Position numbers and translations under genes: made by a program. A DNA stretch of 64,000 bases from Chlamydiota bacterium (GTDB lineage Bacteria > Chlamydiota > Chlamydiia > Chlamydiales > JACKPQ01). This document shows positions 41,489 to 51,807 of the stretch, piece by piece. The stretch lies in contig JAJFLZ010000037.1 of NCBI GenBank assembly GCA_021772435.1, positions 47,673-111,672 of the forward strand. Reading direction: 5' to 3'. The notes below the pieces were generated by a model. The model saw only the letters and a program-made list of their open reading frames with translations, did no database searches and was not told where the DNA came from. Position 1 is the first letter of the stretch; each line of letters begins with the position of its first letter.

Positions 41489-43116
41489 GTCGTTAATTTT
41501 GCCTTTTTTTCTACTGTGCGAATCTCTTGCCCCATTCGGCCAAGCTCGTAGCCTTCATAATCGACAAATTTGAAAAAACGCTCTAGTTGTGGAATGGTTT
41601 TTGAAACTTGCTTTGCCATCTCTTGGGCTACCCTGCGATACATCGGATGGCCCGCTGGCGATGAGCGCAGCTCACAGAGCCATTGCAAAGCGCGTAAATT
41701 GACATGGAAGTACCAGTGGATATTGTATCCCATAGGGACGATGTACTGAGCTTCTTCAGGTAAATCTGCTGCGATTTTTTCGTAAGTTACCTTGGCTCTA
41801 TCCATTGCCTCTCGATAGTCGCTTTCCATATCCGTATCCTGTATCTCTTCAGGGACATAATAACCTAAATCACATGTGAGCACTTGTCGCTCTTGTGTCA
41901 GCATACGGTGGCGTTGCAGATCTCTGTAAATCCCAAAATCGGCCACAATCTCAAATGTGAAAAAAGCATGCTCTAAAGCTCTGGGCGATTTATGCCTGCG
42001 GTTTTGCCTGTTAGCACACGTCACTTCCAAAATACGTTCAATTTCATCATTAGATGCTTTATCCATGCACACGTTTAATTCTTCTAAACCACATTTTGCA
42101 TAAGGAAAAAGCAGCGCAGCAGCAATTTTTTGTGGACTGTTTGGGTCACAATCAACAAGTTTAACAGCAGGCCCTTCCATGACATCTAAATCTTTTGCAT
42201 ACTCTTGGCTTACCCCTGCAAGTTCACCCACCATTTGGTCTTGAAACTCGCTAAATGTTTTTTGATACTTATGCCCAACTTCTGCTCTTCGAACAAACGA
42301 GGGGATGACTTTCGATAATTCCTCATATGCCTTTTTACCGACATCCTGTAATTCTGCGAGATTGTGAGTATTGAGTTTTTGGATCAACGTTTCAAAAAAG
42401 CGACCATTGCCATACATGCCTAAATTAGTCATCGTTGCAGTGGGTAATAATCCTCTTAAACAATCTAAAACTTTAGCTCTAAGCGCAGCTGTGTAAGCAA
42501 CATTTGAAACATCATGTTCTCTGGGAAACTTCTTTTCCATATACTCGGTTAATGGAGGAATCAGTTTACTGTAAGTTTCAAAAAGGTGATTGCATGTCTC
42601 TATATACTCATCACGAAAAGCAGAAGTCATAATTACAGGTTCACGGTAGTAGAGGTACTCTCCGTTTACTTTTTGGTCAAAATAGATATACCTTGTCGAT
42701 TTTTCTAGCGGTGATCCGCCAATACGGGCATCTTCGACAATCTTTGCAGCAATCATCGAGACATTCTCTACTGCTAAGTGGGCTCCGCCCAACTCACCAA
42801 TCGAATCATCGCCATAGCCATCCAGAATCCGATCATAAAAATTTTGAGCTTTTTTGATCGCAACCACTTGCTCTTCTCCATCCCCATCAGCTTGCTCTCC
42901 GACAATCGCCGAAAATGCAGTCTCTTCATTCAAGACAAAATCCTTAAGCAAAAGAGAACGCAATCCCAAACTCGAGCGTGAATACCTGGAGAATAAAGCT
43001 CCCTTAATCACCTCTGGCAGGTTACGCAAACAAAAAATATTGCTAGACGTATTGGAAACATAACGCTCTAAAATCTTTAACTGTTGCTCGGTAAATTCTT
43101 CGTAATTTTCTTGCAT
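41485..43116 (-). CDS. thyX: FAD-dependent thymidylate synthase, long chlamydial form
   Basis: LEKSTRY, RDLQRHR, ELRS motifs; 543 aa. Confidence 0.92.
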   Translation of the reverse strand: MQENYEEFTEQQLKILERYVSNTSSNIFCLRNLPEVIKGALFSRYSRSSLGLRSLLLKDFVLNEETAFSAIVGEQADGDGEEQVVAIKKAQNFYDRILDGYGDDSIGELGGAHLAVENVSMIAAKIVEDARIGGSPLEKSTRYIYFDQKVNGEYLYYREPVIMTSAFRDEYIETCNHLFETYSKLIPPLTEYMEKKFPREHDVSNVAYTAALRAKVLDCLRGLLPTATMTNLGMYGNGRFFETLIQKLNTHNLAELQDVGKKAYEELSKVIPSFVRRAEVGHKYQKTFSEFQDQMVGELAGVSQEYAKDLDVMEGPAVKLVDCDPNSPQKIAAALLFPYAKCGLEELNVCMDKASNDEIERILEVTCANRQNRRHKSPRALEHAFFTFEIVADFGIYRDLQRHRMLTQERQVLTCDLGYYVPEEIQDTDMESDYREAMDRAKVTYEKIAADLPEEAQYIVPMGYNIHWYFHVNLRALQWLCELRSSPAGHPMYRRVAQEMAKQVSKTIPQLERFFKFVDYEGYELGRMGQEIRTVEKKAKLTT

Positions 43117-43193
43117 AAATTGCCGCCCTTTTTACACAAGGGTCGCACATATTCCCTTGATGGATCAAGTAAAAAAATGGTAGAGTAGATTTC

Positions 43194-44201
43194 ATGTTAA
43201 GACGACCAAGACGCAATCGCAAAAGCCCAGCTATCCGTAGCCTCATTCAGGAAACACGCCTTACCCCCGAAAACTTTGTTGCGCCGTTTTTAATCACTGA
43301 AGGCAGCGGGATCAATGAACCGATCTGTGGCATTGACGATATTGCCAAGAAAAGCGTTGATATCATCTTGAAAGACATTGAATATTTGCACTCTGAAAGC
43401 GTGCAAGCTATAGCGCTTTTTCCCTGCATTCACCCTGAGCAAAAAGATGAGCAGGGAAGTAATGCACTCGATGAAGATGGCCTAGTACCACGAGCTATCA
43501 GACAGATCAAAGCTGAATTTCCGTCTCTCTGTGTCTTTGCAGATGTTGCTCTTGATCCTTATACAACGCATGGCCATGACGGTTTAATCGATGAAAATGG
43601 ATGTGTCATCAATGACGCCAGTGTGCGGGTGCTAGCGCAGCAAGCCCTTGTTTTAGCAGCAGCTGGTGTTGATGTTGTCGCACCGAGCGATATGATGGAC
43701 GGAAGAGTGGGTGCTATTCGAGGAATGCTTGATCAAAATCAATTTACCGATGTTAGTATCTGCGCTTATACAGCTAAATATACATCTGCATTTTATGGTC
43801 CCTATCGGGACGCTCTTGGTTCCCACCCTCAGATTGGAGATAAAAAAACCTATCAATTAAATCCTGCAAATCGTCGGGAAGCTTTAATTGAAACTCAACT
43901 CGATCTGGGAGAAGGTGCAGACATGCTGCTTGTAAAGCCAGCACTTTCTTATCTCGACGTCATTGCAGCCATGCGTGGATCTGCTCCTGTACCCATCTGC
44001 GCTTTTCATGTTACAGGAGAATATGCCATGATCATGGCAGCTGCAAATAGCGGCATTTTAGATGCTGATGCAGCACTTTACGAAGTAACTCTTTCGATTA
44101 AACGCGCAGGTGCTGATATCGTCTTTACTTACGGAGCAAAAAGACTTATTGAAATTCTTAAGACAGATACTGCTCAGCGTAGAGCTGTTGCCCTCGTTTA
44201 A
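43194..44201 (+). CDS. hemB: Porphobilinogen synthase
   Basis: DVALDPYTTHGHDG, PSDMMDGRV, FYGPYRDA, LVKPAL. Confidence 0.97.
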   Translation: MLRRPRRNRKSPAIRSLIQETRLTPENFVAPFLITEGSGINEPICGIDDIAKKSVDIILKDIEYLHSESVQAIALFPCIHPEQKDEQGSNALDEDGLVPRAIRQIKAEFPSLCVFADVALDPYTTHGHDGLIDENGCVINDASVRVLAQQALVLAAAGVDVVAPSDMMDGRVGAIRGMLDQNQFTDVSICAYTAKYTSAFYGPYRDALGSHPQIGDKKTYQLNPANRREALIETQLDLGEGADMLLVKPALSYLDVIAAMRGSAPVPICAFHVTGEYAMIMAAANSGILDADAALYEVTLSIKRAGADIVFTYGAKRLIEILKTDTAQRRAVALV

Positions 44202-45489
44202 CAATATCTGTCATCGCAATTTTGGACGGGCAAATAAAGCTCGGAAGCGCAAAATCCTCTGCGTCCACCTCAAGTAAACCCAGAGAAACGGCCTTTTCAA
44301 AATCTTCTGCGATAAGTGCTTTGACAAGCTGCATTGTCGGAATACGCATAGGCATCACTTTATCGTAATAGCTACCATCGACAAAAGCGCGCTCTTCACC
44401 ATGTTGACTCGTTGAAAAAGAACGGGCTTTTGCCGAAAAAAGCGCAGATAGGTAAGTGCGCGTTGCTGTATAGCGCTTTACTCCCAGTCCCAAAAAATGA
44501 CTGAAGGTACGCTTTATCTGATCCGGCAATGCGCACACGGCGAATGCATCACGAGTTAAAAAGCCGTCCCATGATGTTGCATGCCCCATAAGCGGATCGC
44601 CTGAAATCAGCCGCAACTCTCCCTCGATGACTCGGTTTTCTAAAAGTTCTTTCATACTTGAACCTTCGATAACCCGATAAACCATACGATCTTGCTCTTT
44701 AACCCCTTCACCGCTCAAGCTAATCAACTTTGATTGGTAAAATTCTCCTTTTAAAATCGCGCCAATTGCAATAACGGTATGAGCTGTGAGCGTCCAAATC
44801 ACTTGTTCTGGGTTCTTGATGGGATGGATATGATAAATATGAACGGAGGCATTGGCACGCGGATGCAATCCTGAAACTGTGTGATTTTGTACACCTTCAG
44901 GGCAGGAGATGGTCTCATCAGACACAAGATGAACCGCCCCCTTTGTCAACTTTTTTAAAGCCTCAAGCCCTCCTGTAAAATTTTCTTTTTGCTCATTGAT
45001 TTCTAGTTCAGGGGAAGGCAAAAAAGGCGCTGATTCTGATGCTTTGACAAAAATAGCTTCTGGTAAAACGTCTGGGTTTACAAGTCTTTTGCAAGGACGC
45101 TGATAAATAGAAGTAAAAAGCCCTGATTCTAGCAGTCGTTTAACGATTTCCTCTGCGTCTGGATTTTCTAGAGCAGGTAGAACCTTCGCTGATTGCTCTG
45201 CATCTGTCTCAATCGATACAAATAAGATCCGTCTTTTTTCACCGCGAATAATTTCTTTAATGGTGCCAGATGCAGGAGAGACAAAAAGACGACTTGGCAT
45301 CTTTTGGTCTGCCAAAACTGGATCACCCACAAGCACTTTATCTCCTGGCTTGACTAAGATCTGAAATCTAAGCGCCTCGTGGATAGAAACATCTAATGCC
45401 ACCAATTTTGGAAATGGTGCCTGTTTAACTTCATTGCTAGGCTCTCCCGAAAGGGGAATTTTTAAGCCTCTTTTTATTCGTATGTCCAT
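44158..45489 (-). CDS. nqrA: Na+-translocating NADH:quinone reductase subunit A
   Basis: IKRGLKIPLSGEP, SPASGTI...RGEKR, ISGDPL, EDFALPSFICPSK. Confidence 0.93.
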   Translation of the reverse strand: MDIRIKRGLKIPLSGEPSNEVKQAPFPKLVALDVSIHEALRFQILVKPGDKVLVGDPVLADQKMPSRLFVSPASGTIKEIIRGEKRRILFVSIETDAEQSAKVLPALENPDAEEIVKRLLESGLFTSIYQRPCKRLVNPDVLPEAIFVKASESAPFLPSPELEINEQKENFTGGLEALKKLTKGAVHLVSDETISCPEGVQNHTVSGLHPRANASVHIYHIHPIKNPEQVIWTLTAHTVIAIGAILKGEFYQSKLISLSGEGVKEQDRMVYRVIEGSSMKELLENRVIEGELRLISGDPLMGHATSWDGFLTRDAFAVCALPDQIKRTFSHFLGLGVKRYTATRTYLSALFSAKARSFSTSQHGEERAFVDGSYYDKVMPMRIPTMQLVKALIAEDFEKAVSLGLLEVDAEDFALPSFICPSKIAMTDIVKRGQQLYAEQYLS

Positions 45490-45553
45490 ATCGTTGAAGA
45501 TTAATACCCATCTGACTATACTTCAATCACGTAGTTTCACATTAAAGGCAAAT

Positions 45554-47701
45554 ATGGATTATCTCAAGCAATTCTTAGGTCATATCAGCAGCAACAACTA
45601 TCCATCTTTTCTCAATTTGTGGGAAGAGTACTGTTTAGGAGACGAAGTTGATACCGAAGAATTTCGGCGGATATTAGTAGCTGCAAAAGAGTCACAATTT
45701 GCAGAGTCATTCGGTAAATACGTCGAACAAGGCTTAGAATTATGGCAGAAAATCGAAGATCCCAAAATCTCTCACAAAATCATCAAATTGATTTTTGACA
45801 TTCAGACATCAGATTCACCAGCTCTTATCAAGCTTGCTATCGATTATTTAGAAAGGCTCTACGAGCAAGAGCCTAAATTTGTAGAAAACATGCGATTGAT
45901 TGGACTGCGCGATCAAAAACAATGTAGAGGCGCCATCAGCAAGTACGAACTTTTGCAGCACATGATTCCTGGAAACTTCGTTTTCCACTCAGCGGGATGG
46001 GGCGTTGGAGAAATCATGGAAGTTTCCTTCTTAAGACAGCAGATTAGCCTAGAATTTGACTACGTATCTGGCCAAAAAGACTTCAGTTTTGAAAACGCCT
46101 TTAACACGCTTATTCCGATCCCCTCTGACCATTTCCTCGCCTTGCGTTTTGGAAGACCTGATTATCTAGAAGACAGAGCCAAAGAAAATCCTCTCGAAGT
46201 GATTCACATGCTTCTGCGCGATTTGGGTCCTCAAAGTGCCTCGGATATCAAAGACGAAATGTGCGATTTAGTCATACCAGAAGGCGAATGGATTAAATGG
46301 TGGCAAACAGCGCGCATTAAACTTAAAAAAGACACCAAAATTGCTAGCCCAAGCGACACAAAAGGCGTTTTTGCACTTAGAGACGAAGAGTTGCCACACG
46401 AAGAACGTTTTCAAAAAGCTTTAGAAGAAAAACCCGGCCCTGATCATCTTATTCAACTTGTCTTCTCACACCTGCGCGATTTTCCTCAAACTCTCAAAAA
46501 TGAAAGCTTTAAACAGACCCTAAAACAACAACTGAGTGATAGTTTAGATTTTCCAGAAGTCGATACCGCGCAAAAACTGCAAATCCATTACTTCCTTCAA
46601 GATCTTGGTGATGAAAAAAACTATCCTCCCATTCAAGAAATAATCACATCAAATGCAACACGTGAATTAATTGAAGCCATTGATCTCACTGCATTCAAGA
46701 AACGTACATTAACAATGGCCAAAGCCCACAGACCTGATTGGATTCAAATCTTCCACGATTTATTTCTCGTTGTTGATCCATCCACACTCCGAGAGCTTAT
46801 CCTGACAGATCTTATGAAAGAATCTGGCAATCAAATTGAACAAAAACTGCAAGAGCTCTTAGCTCATCCTGAAAAATACCCCAATACTTTTCTTTGGTAT
46901 TTTCAAAAAATCCTCGGAAAAAACACATTACCTTTCAATACGACAGATGGCCGAGCAAAATTTTTCGAATCCTTTTTCATTCTTATGAATCACTTAGAAA
47001 GAGCCGGCGATAAAGATACAGTGAAAAAAATGATTGGGGTCATGACAAAAGGGCGTTTTTCCATCGTTAGAAAAATCATGCACGATGCTTCAAAAGAGTC
47101 AGTCCAAGAAACTCTCTTGCTTGCATCAAAATGCCATTCCATCGACGACCATGATCTAAAAACGCTGCATTCTTTGGCAGAAGTTGTTCATCCATCACTA
47201 AAATCATTGCGAAAAATTCATGTTCGAGAAGAAGAAGATCTCACCATCTGGACAACGCAAGAAGGCAAAGACAAATTAAAAACACGTATCGAAGAGATTG
47301 GATCTGTTGAAATGATCGAAAATGCTAAAGAGATCGAAGAAGCCAGATCACATGGAGATCTACGAGAAAATGCTGAATTCAAAGCTGCGTGTGAAAGACG
47401 TGACAGACTGCAGAGCGAGCTCAAACTTCTCTCTGGTAATATGGCAAATTCTAGAGTTATGACAAAAATAGACATCGATGAAACTGGCGCAAACGTAGGT
47501 ACTGTCGTTGAATGCGAAGATCCAGAACACAACAAAGTCACTTATACCATTTTAGGCCCGTGGGATGCTGATCCTGAAAAAAACATCTTATCCTTTCAAT
47601 CCAAACTCGCAAAGAACATGAAAGGTAAAAAAGTGGGAGAGAGCTTTGAGCATCAAAGCACGCAGCTTAAGATTTTGTCTATTCGAAATTACTTCGCATA
47701 A
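45554..47701 (+). CDS. greA: Long chlamydial-type GreA elongation factor
   Basis: C-terminal ARSHGDLRENAEF, ILGPWDAD, LSFQS; large N-terminal extension; start placed at MDYL. Confidence 0.93.
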   Translation: MDYLKQFLGHISSNNYPSFLNLWEEYCLGDEVDTEEFRRILVAAKESQFAESFGKYVEQGLELWQKIEDPKISHKIIKLIFDIQTSDSPALIKLAIDYLERLYEQEPKFVENMRLIGLRDQKQCRGAISKYELLQHMIPGNFVFHSAGWGVGEIMEVSFLRQQISLEFDYVSGQKDFSFENAFNTLIPIPSDHFLALRFGRPDYLEDRAKENPLEVIHMLLRDLGPQSASDIKDEMCDLVIPEGEWIKWWQTARIKLKKDTKIASPSDTKGVFALRDEELPHEERFQKALEEKPGPDHLIQLVFSHLRDFPQTLKNESFKQTLKQQLSDSLDFPEVDTAQKLQIHYFLQDLGDEKNYPPIQEIITSNATRELIEAIDLTAFKKRTLTMAKAHRPDWIQIFHDLFLVVDPSTLRELILTDLMKESGNQIEQKLQELLAHPEKYPNTFLWYFQKILGKNTLPFNTTDGRAKFFESFFILMNHLERAGDKDTVKKMIGVMTKGRFSIVRKIMHDASKESVQETLLLASKCHSIDDHDLKTLHSLAEVVHPSLKSLRKIHVREEEDLTIWTTQEGKDKLKTRIEEIGSVEMIENAKEIEEARSHGDLRENAEFKAACERRDRLQSELKLLSGNMANSRVMTKIDIDETGANVGTVVECEDPEHNKVTYTILGPWDADPEKNILSFQSKLAKNMKGKKVGESFEHQSTQLKILSIRNYFA

Positions 47702-47707
47702 GCTATA

Positions 47708-48319
47708 GTGAAACTCATGGAACTTGTTTTAGCCACAACAAATATGCACAAGACTCTAGAGCTTCGTCAGATGCTAAAAGCGTTTGGAGCTTTCGATCTT
47801 TATACCCTACTTGATTTCCCTGATTACCAGCAGCCAGAAGAGACTGGATTGTCATTTGAAGAAAACGCCTGCTTAAAAGCCCTGCACGCTGCCAAAGCAT
47901 TAAACAAATGGGTGCTAGCCGATGACTCTGGCCTCGTTGTGCCAGCGCTTGGTGGAGAGCCTGGCGTATACAGCTCTCGCTTTGCAGGAAAAAATGCTTC
48001 TGACAAAGATAATCGCAACAAACTAAAAGAGACGCTAGCAGATCTCAACGAAGAAGAGCGATCTGCTTACTTCGAATGCGCTTTGGCACTTGCTAATCCA
48101 GATGGTGTACAAAAATGTGTCCGTGGAACATGTGAAGGCTACCTTATTCTTGAAGAGCGAGGATCGCAAGGCTTTGGTTATGACCCTCTATTTGTCAAAT
48201 GGGACTACAGTAAAACACTTGCTGAACTTGATGTTGATACCAAAAATCGCATTTCACATCGCCGCAAAGCGCTCGATAAAATCATGCCCTCCCTTGAAGC
48301 ACTTCCGTGCACTATATAA
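47708..48319 (+). CDS. rdgB: Non-canonical purine NTP pyrophosphatase (RdgB/HAM1)
   Basis: LATTNMHK, ADDSGL, GEPGVYSSRF, GFGYDPLF, KNRISHR. Confidence 0.96.
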   Translation: MKLMELVLATTNMHKTLELRQMLKAFGAFDLYTLLDFPDYQQPEETGLSFEENACLKALHAAKALNKWVLADDSGLVVPALGGEPGVYSSRFAGKNASDKDNRNKLKETLADLNEEERSAYFECALALANPDGVQKCVRGTCEGYLILEERGSQGFGYDPLFVKWDYSKTLAELDVDTKNRISHRRKALDKIMPSLEALPCTI

Positions 48320-48789
48320 TTGATGCCTACAACCTACTTTTTTTTCTTACCGATAAAATTAATCCCGTCGAAAAAACCCGCGAAGACCTCATCGACTCAC
48401 TTACCTCAGACCTAGAAAACCTAAAAATAAAAGCTTCTCTTGTTTTTGATAGCGGAACAACTCATCAAGCGCACTTTCCGCATACCCATGAGCGCTCCTC
48501 TGTTGAAATCGTCTTCTCCCCCCACGGCATCTGCGCGGACCGGTTCATACTTGAAATTCTAGATCAGTCAAAAAATACCAAAGATATCACTGTTGTAACC
48601 TCGGATCAAAGCCTGCAAAAACAGTGCAAACAACGGTTTGCTAAAACACAATCCATTGAAAGTTTTTTGAAATATCTCAATAAACGTCATCGCAAAAACC
48701 ACACGCTCCCAGAAAAACCACACACGCAAGATCAAGCCTACCAAGACTACTTGCACGGCATCTTTCAAAAACGTCTAGACGAAATGTAA
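48307..48789 (+). CDS. NYN/YacP-like PIN-domain protein
   Basis: IIDAYNL, LVFD, ADRFI, VVTSD. Confidence 0.85.
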   Translation: MHYIIDAYNLLFFLTDKINPVEKTREDLIDSLTSDLENLKIKASLVFDSGTTHQAHFPHTHERSSVEIVFSPHGICADRFILEILDQSKNTKDITVVTSDQSLQKQCKQRFAKTQSIESFLKYLNKRHRKNHTLPEKPHTQDQAYQDYLHGIFQKRLDEM

Positions 48790-48802
48790 AACCGCTTTAC
48801 AT
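48784..48802 (-). repeat. 19-bp palindromic repeat, copy 3 (supplies the ATG TAA end of the NYN gene)
   Basis: ATGTAAAACCGCTTTACAT is the exact reverse complement of copy 1. Confidence 0.9.
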
Positions 48803-48840
48803 CTAAATTCATGGGCTTATTTTTAATGACTTACGCGAGG

Positions 48841-49662
48841 TTATTTCAGTATATCACTGTTACTATTCACCTTATATTTGGCAAGATACTTATTCCATAT
48901 ATAAGGTGTAGCTGCGCTTTCTACGGCAGAATCGATTTCATCTAGCATAACTTGAGAGACTGTTTTTGAGTGAAAAGTTAAGTCTGCACCTTTCGAGATT
49001 GAACCACCTCGTAAAGCTTGCCTGTTCTGATAGATAGAAATACCAAGTTCTCTATAATGTTCTAAATTTTTAAGAAACACGTTTAGTTTATCTTTGGGCT
49101 CATCTAAAAAATCTAATACCTTGCTCAAAGCTAGCTCAGGGTTACCTACCATTTCTTCATAATTAATTAACTGACGATTTTCAGACGGCCAGCTCTCAAA
49201 AAAATCATAGTATTCCAATAATTGATTAATTGTTTTCTGACTTAAATCTAGATTTTTTAATTCACTTTTACAATTTAATTTAGACCACTTAATAATCAAC
49301 TCTCTATAGCTTCTAGTTGTCATAACTAACTTATTTCTTTTACTTATATTTTTTATTAGATGCGGGTAGTGAGCATGATAAATAGGGGTTTTGTTTGACG
49401 GGATTTGAGGACCCATAATATCCCAAGTTGATGAAGTGTTAGGCCTAAAAGGATATCTTAATATACTCCAAAAATTACGACCTGTCGTAAGCTGAAGACA
49501 CATACCTGTCCATGTAGTCCCACTACGAGGTATTGTTAAAAAAATAACTCCATCTTTTAACGACGGTATTACTACTGGCTGACGACTAAAAATAAAAACT
49601 GGAAAAAGCAAGCATAAGAAAATAAATGTAAGTTGGAAGCATATTTTTTTGTTTTGTTTCAT
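48841..49662 (-). CDS. Membrane-anchored/secreted sulfotransferase-domain protein
   Basis: TIPRSGTTW 5'-PSB, TRSYRE, INYEEM; paralog of 31660..32418; visibly AT-rich. Confidence 0.75.
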   Translation of the reverse strand: MKQNKKICFQLTFIFLCLLFPVFIFSRQPVVIPSLKDGVIFLTIPRSGTTWTGMCLQLTTGRNFWSILRYPFRPNTSSTWDIMGPQIPSNKTPIYHAHYPHLIKNISKRNKLVMTTRSYRELIIKWSKLNCKSELKNLDLSQKTINQLLEYYDFFESWPSENRQLINYEEMVGNPELALSKVLDFLDEPKDKLNVFLKNLEHYRELGISIYQNRQALRGGSISKGADLTFHSKTVSQVMLDEIDSAVESAATPYIWNKYLAKYKVNSNSDILK

Positions 49663-49856
49663 GTTATCCCCAAATAATGGTTTATTCATAAGCTGTAAAA
49701 TCCTACCGACCCAATCTACCAAACTTTTTCTTTATCTGCACCGCCTGCTAAAAAATGATCAGAAACCCTGAAGCTAGAACAGGGTTATTTTTGTGCACTA
49801 CCTTCTACTTGAGTTTTTTGAGGCATCATTGCACAATCGGATTTTCAGGAGGTTTC

Positions 49857-51371
49857 ATGCTCAAATCCATCTTTTTAGCAACGATTGTTCTATTCACATC
49901 TTGTCAAAAAGCGCCCAAATCGACGCGCCAGCAAGTGGTGCGTTTTAACATCGGCTCTGAGCCTCAAACATTAGACCCACGTAAAGCCAGAAGTTCAAAT
50001 GACGTGAGCCTTTCTAAAATGTTTTTCGAAGGGTTAACTCGTATCGACGGCTCTGATAAGCCTCAGCTAGCCGCTGCTCAAAGCTATACCGTATCAGAAG
50101 ATGGCAAGCGTTATACATTTACCTTGCGTCCCCACTGCTGGTCAAATGGCGACAACGTAACCGCCCAGGATTTCCTCCACAGCTTTAAAACGACGCTTTC
50201 CCCAGATTTCCCTACAGACAACGCTCATGCCCTTTACATATTCAAGAACGCCAAAGCGATTAAAGAAGGCAAACTGCCTCTATCTGAACTTGGTGTTGAG
50301 GCCTTAGATGATGTCACGCTTTGTTTCAATCTAGAGACGCCTATACCTTACTTTTTACAAGCACTTACTAGCCCCATCTTTTTTCCTCTTCATCAATCTG
50401 AAGACTACCGCATCTCAAACGGACCATTTTATCTTGCGCAATGGAAACACCAAGACTCCATTGAAGCCAAAAAAAATCCTCACTATTGGGACTGCAACTC
50501 CGTCTTGCTAGATGGATTACTCATGCTCATGGTATCAGAAGATACAGCACTGAAAATGTTTGAAACTGGGGACTTAGATTGGGAGGGATCTCCTTACTCA
50601 ACGCTCTCACCCGATACAATTCCCGCTCTAAAGCAGAACAACCAGTTACATATTGCTTCTTTTCTAGGCTCGAATTGGATTAGAATTAATACACAAAAAG
50701 AGCCCTTTCAAGATGTCAATATGCGAAAAGCCTTAGCCTACTCTCTTAATCGAAAAGAGTTAGTAGAACACGTCTTACAAGGAGGGCAGACTCCCTCTAC
50801 AAGTATCGTTCCCCCATCTTTAGAATTGCAAACAGCCCCTCTTTTTGAAGATGGGAATTTGCAAGCCGCAAAAAAACTTTTTTCTACTACCACGCATCCC
50901 ATCACACTTTTGTATGCTGCTGGAGACCGTGGACATAAAATGGCTCAAGCCATTCAAAATCAATGGAAAGAAGCTTTAGGTCTAACGATTACGCTTGTAG
51001 CTGTAGAATCCAAAGTCTACTTTGATCGCATCTCTAGGCAAGACTATCAATTATCCATAGAGTCATGGATTGCTGATTTTGCCGATCCAATCAACTTTCT
51101 TGAAGTCTTTAAATCAAAATCTGCCAAAACGAACAATACTCAATGGGAAAACAGCGCCTACGCAAAACTGCTGGACCAATCTTACAGTACACTAGACGCG
51201 CAAAAACGCAGCTCTTTGTTATGTAAAGCCCAGCAAATCATCATCGATGAGATGCCCGTCATCCCAATTTATACTTACTCCATGACTTATGTGAAAAATG
51301 AAAAATTAAAAAATGAGACTCTTTCATCGCTGGGTTGTCTAGATTTTAAAAACGCATATCTTGAAGAATAG
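49857..51371 (+). CDS. oppA: Oligopeptide ABC transporter substrate-binding lipoprotein
   Basis: FTSC lipobox, EPQTLDPR, FEGLTR, SNGPF, WIADFADP; AGGAGG SD. Confidence 0.92.
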   Translation: MLKSIFLATIVLFTSCQKAPKSTRQQVVRFNIGSEPQTLDPRKARSSNDVSLSKMFFEGLTRIDGSDKPQLAAAQSYTVSEDGKRYTFTLRPHCWSNGDNVTAQDFLHSFKTTLSPDFPTDNAHALYIFKNAKAIKEGKLPLSELGVEALDDVTLCFNLETPIPYFLQALTSPIFFPLHQSEDYRISNGPFYLAQWKHQDSIEAKKNPHYWDCNSVLLDGLLMLMVSEDTALKMFETGDLDWEGSPYSTLSPDTIPALKQNNQLHIASFLGSNWIRINTQKEPFQDVNMRKALAYSLNRKELVEHVLQGGQTPSTSIVPPSLELQTAPLFEDGNLQAAKKLFSTTTHPITLLYAAGDRGHKMAQAIQNQWKEALGLTITLVAVESKVYFDRISRQDYQLSIESWIADFADPINFLEVFKSKSAKTNNTQWENSAYAKLLDQSYSTLDAQKRSSLLCKAQQIIIDEMPVIPIYTYSMTYVKNEKLKNETLSSLGCLDFKNAYLEE

Positions 51372-51399
51372 ACCTCATATCGGTTATGGATAAATAGAT

Positions 51400-51762
51400 A
51401 TGAAAAAACTACTTTTACTCTTTATGTCCTCAGCTTCTCTTTTTGCAGGATCGGTGACACTTTTTAATGACAGTCCATTTAAACTTAGAGCGGCCATTCT
51501 TTCTGCAACAGGCGTCAATCTAGGAGAGGTCGTCCTCAGCCCCCAACATCGAGTGGTTTGGTCTGATAACCAAACGAGCAGTATGGTAGGCTACTCTGAT
51601 ACTCCATACTCGGTAATCTGGTATTGTCTCGAGGGCAAGGAGTATGGAATATGGACGAATGTATCAGTTGGATCTTTTGTCACAGCAAGCGGCTCTGGAG
51701 GTTTACGCATCTGTCCAGTGCCAAAAAATCAAAATCAAGGCTCTTTTCAACCACAAAATTAA
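51400..51762 (+). CDS. Small secreted hypothetical protein
   Basis: MKKLLLLF...LFA signal peptide; two Cys; beta-strand-like pattern. Confidence 0.75.
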   Translation: MKKLLLLFMSSASLFAGSVTLFNDSPFKLRAAILSATGVNLGEVVLSPQHRVVWSDNQTSSMVGYSDTPYSVIWYCLEGKEYGIWTNVSVGSFVTASGSGGLRICPVPKNQNQGSFQPQN

Positions 51763-51807
51763 CTAAGTCGGTATAATAGAGATCTATTTAGATTTAGGTT
51801 TACCGCA

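Noticed and set aside
41485-47701. Long ThyX, orphan nqrA and long GreA as novelties
   Set aside because: All are established chlamydial features
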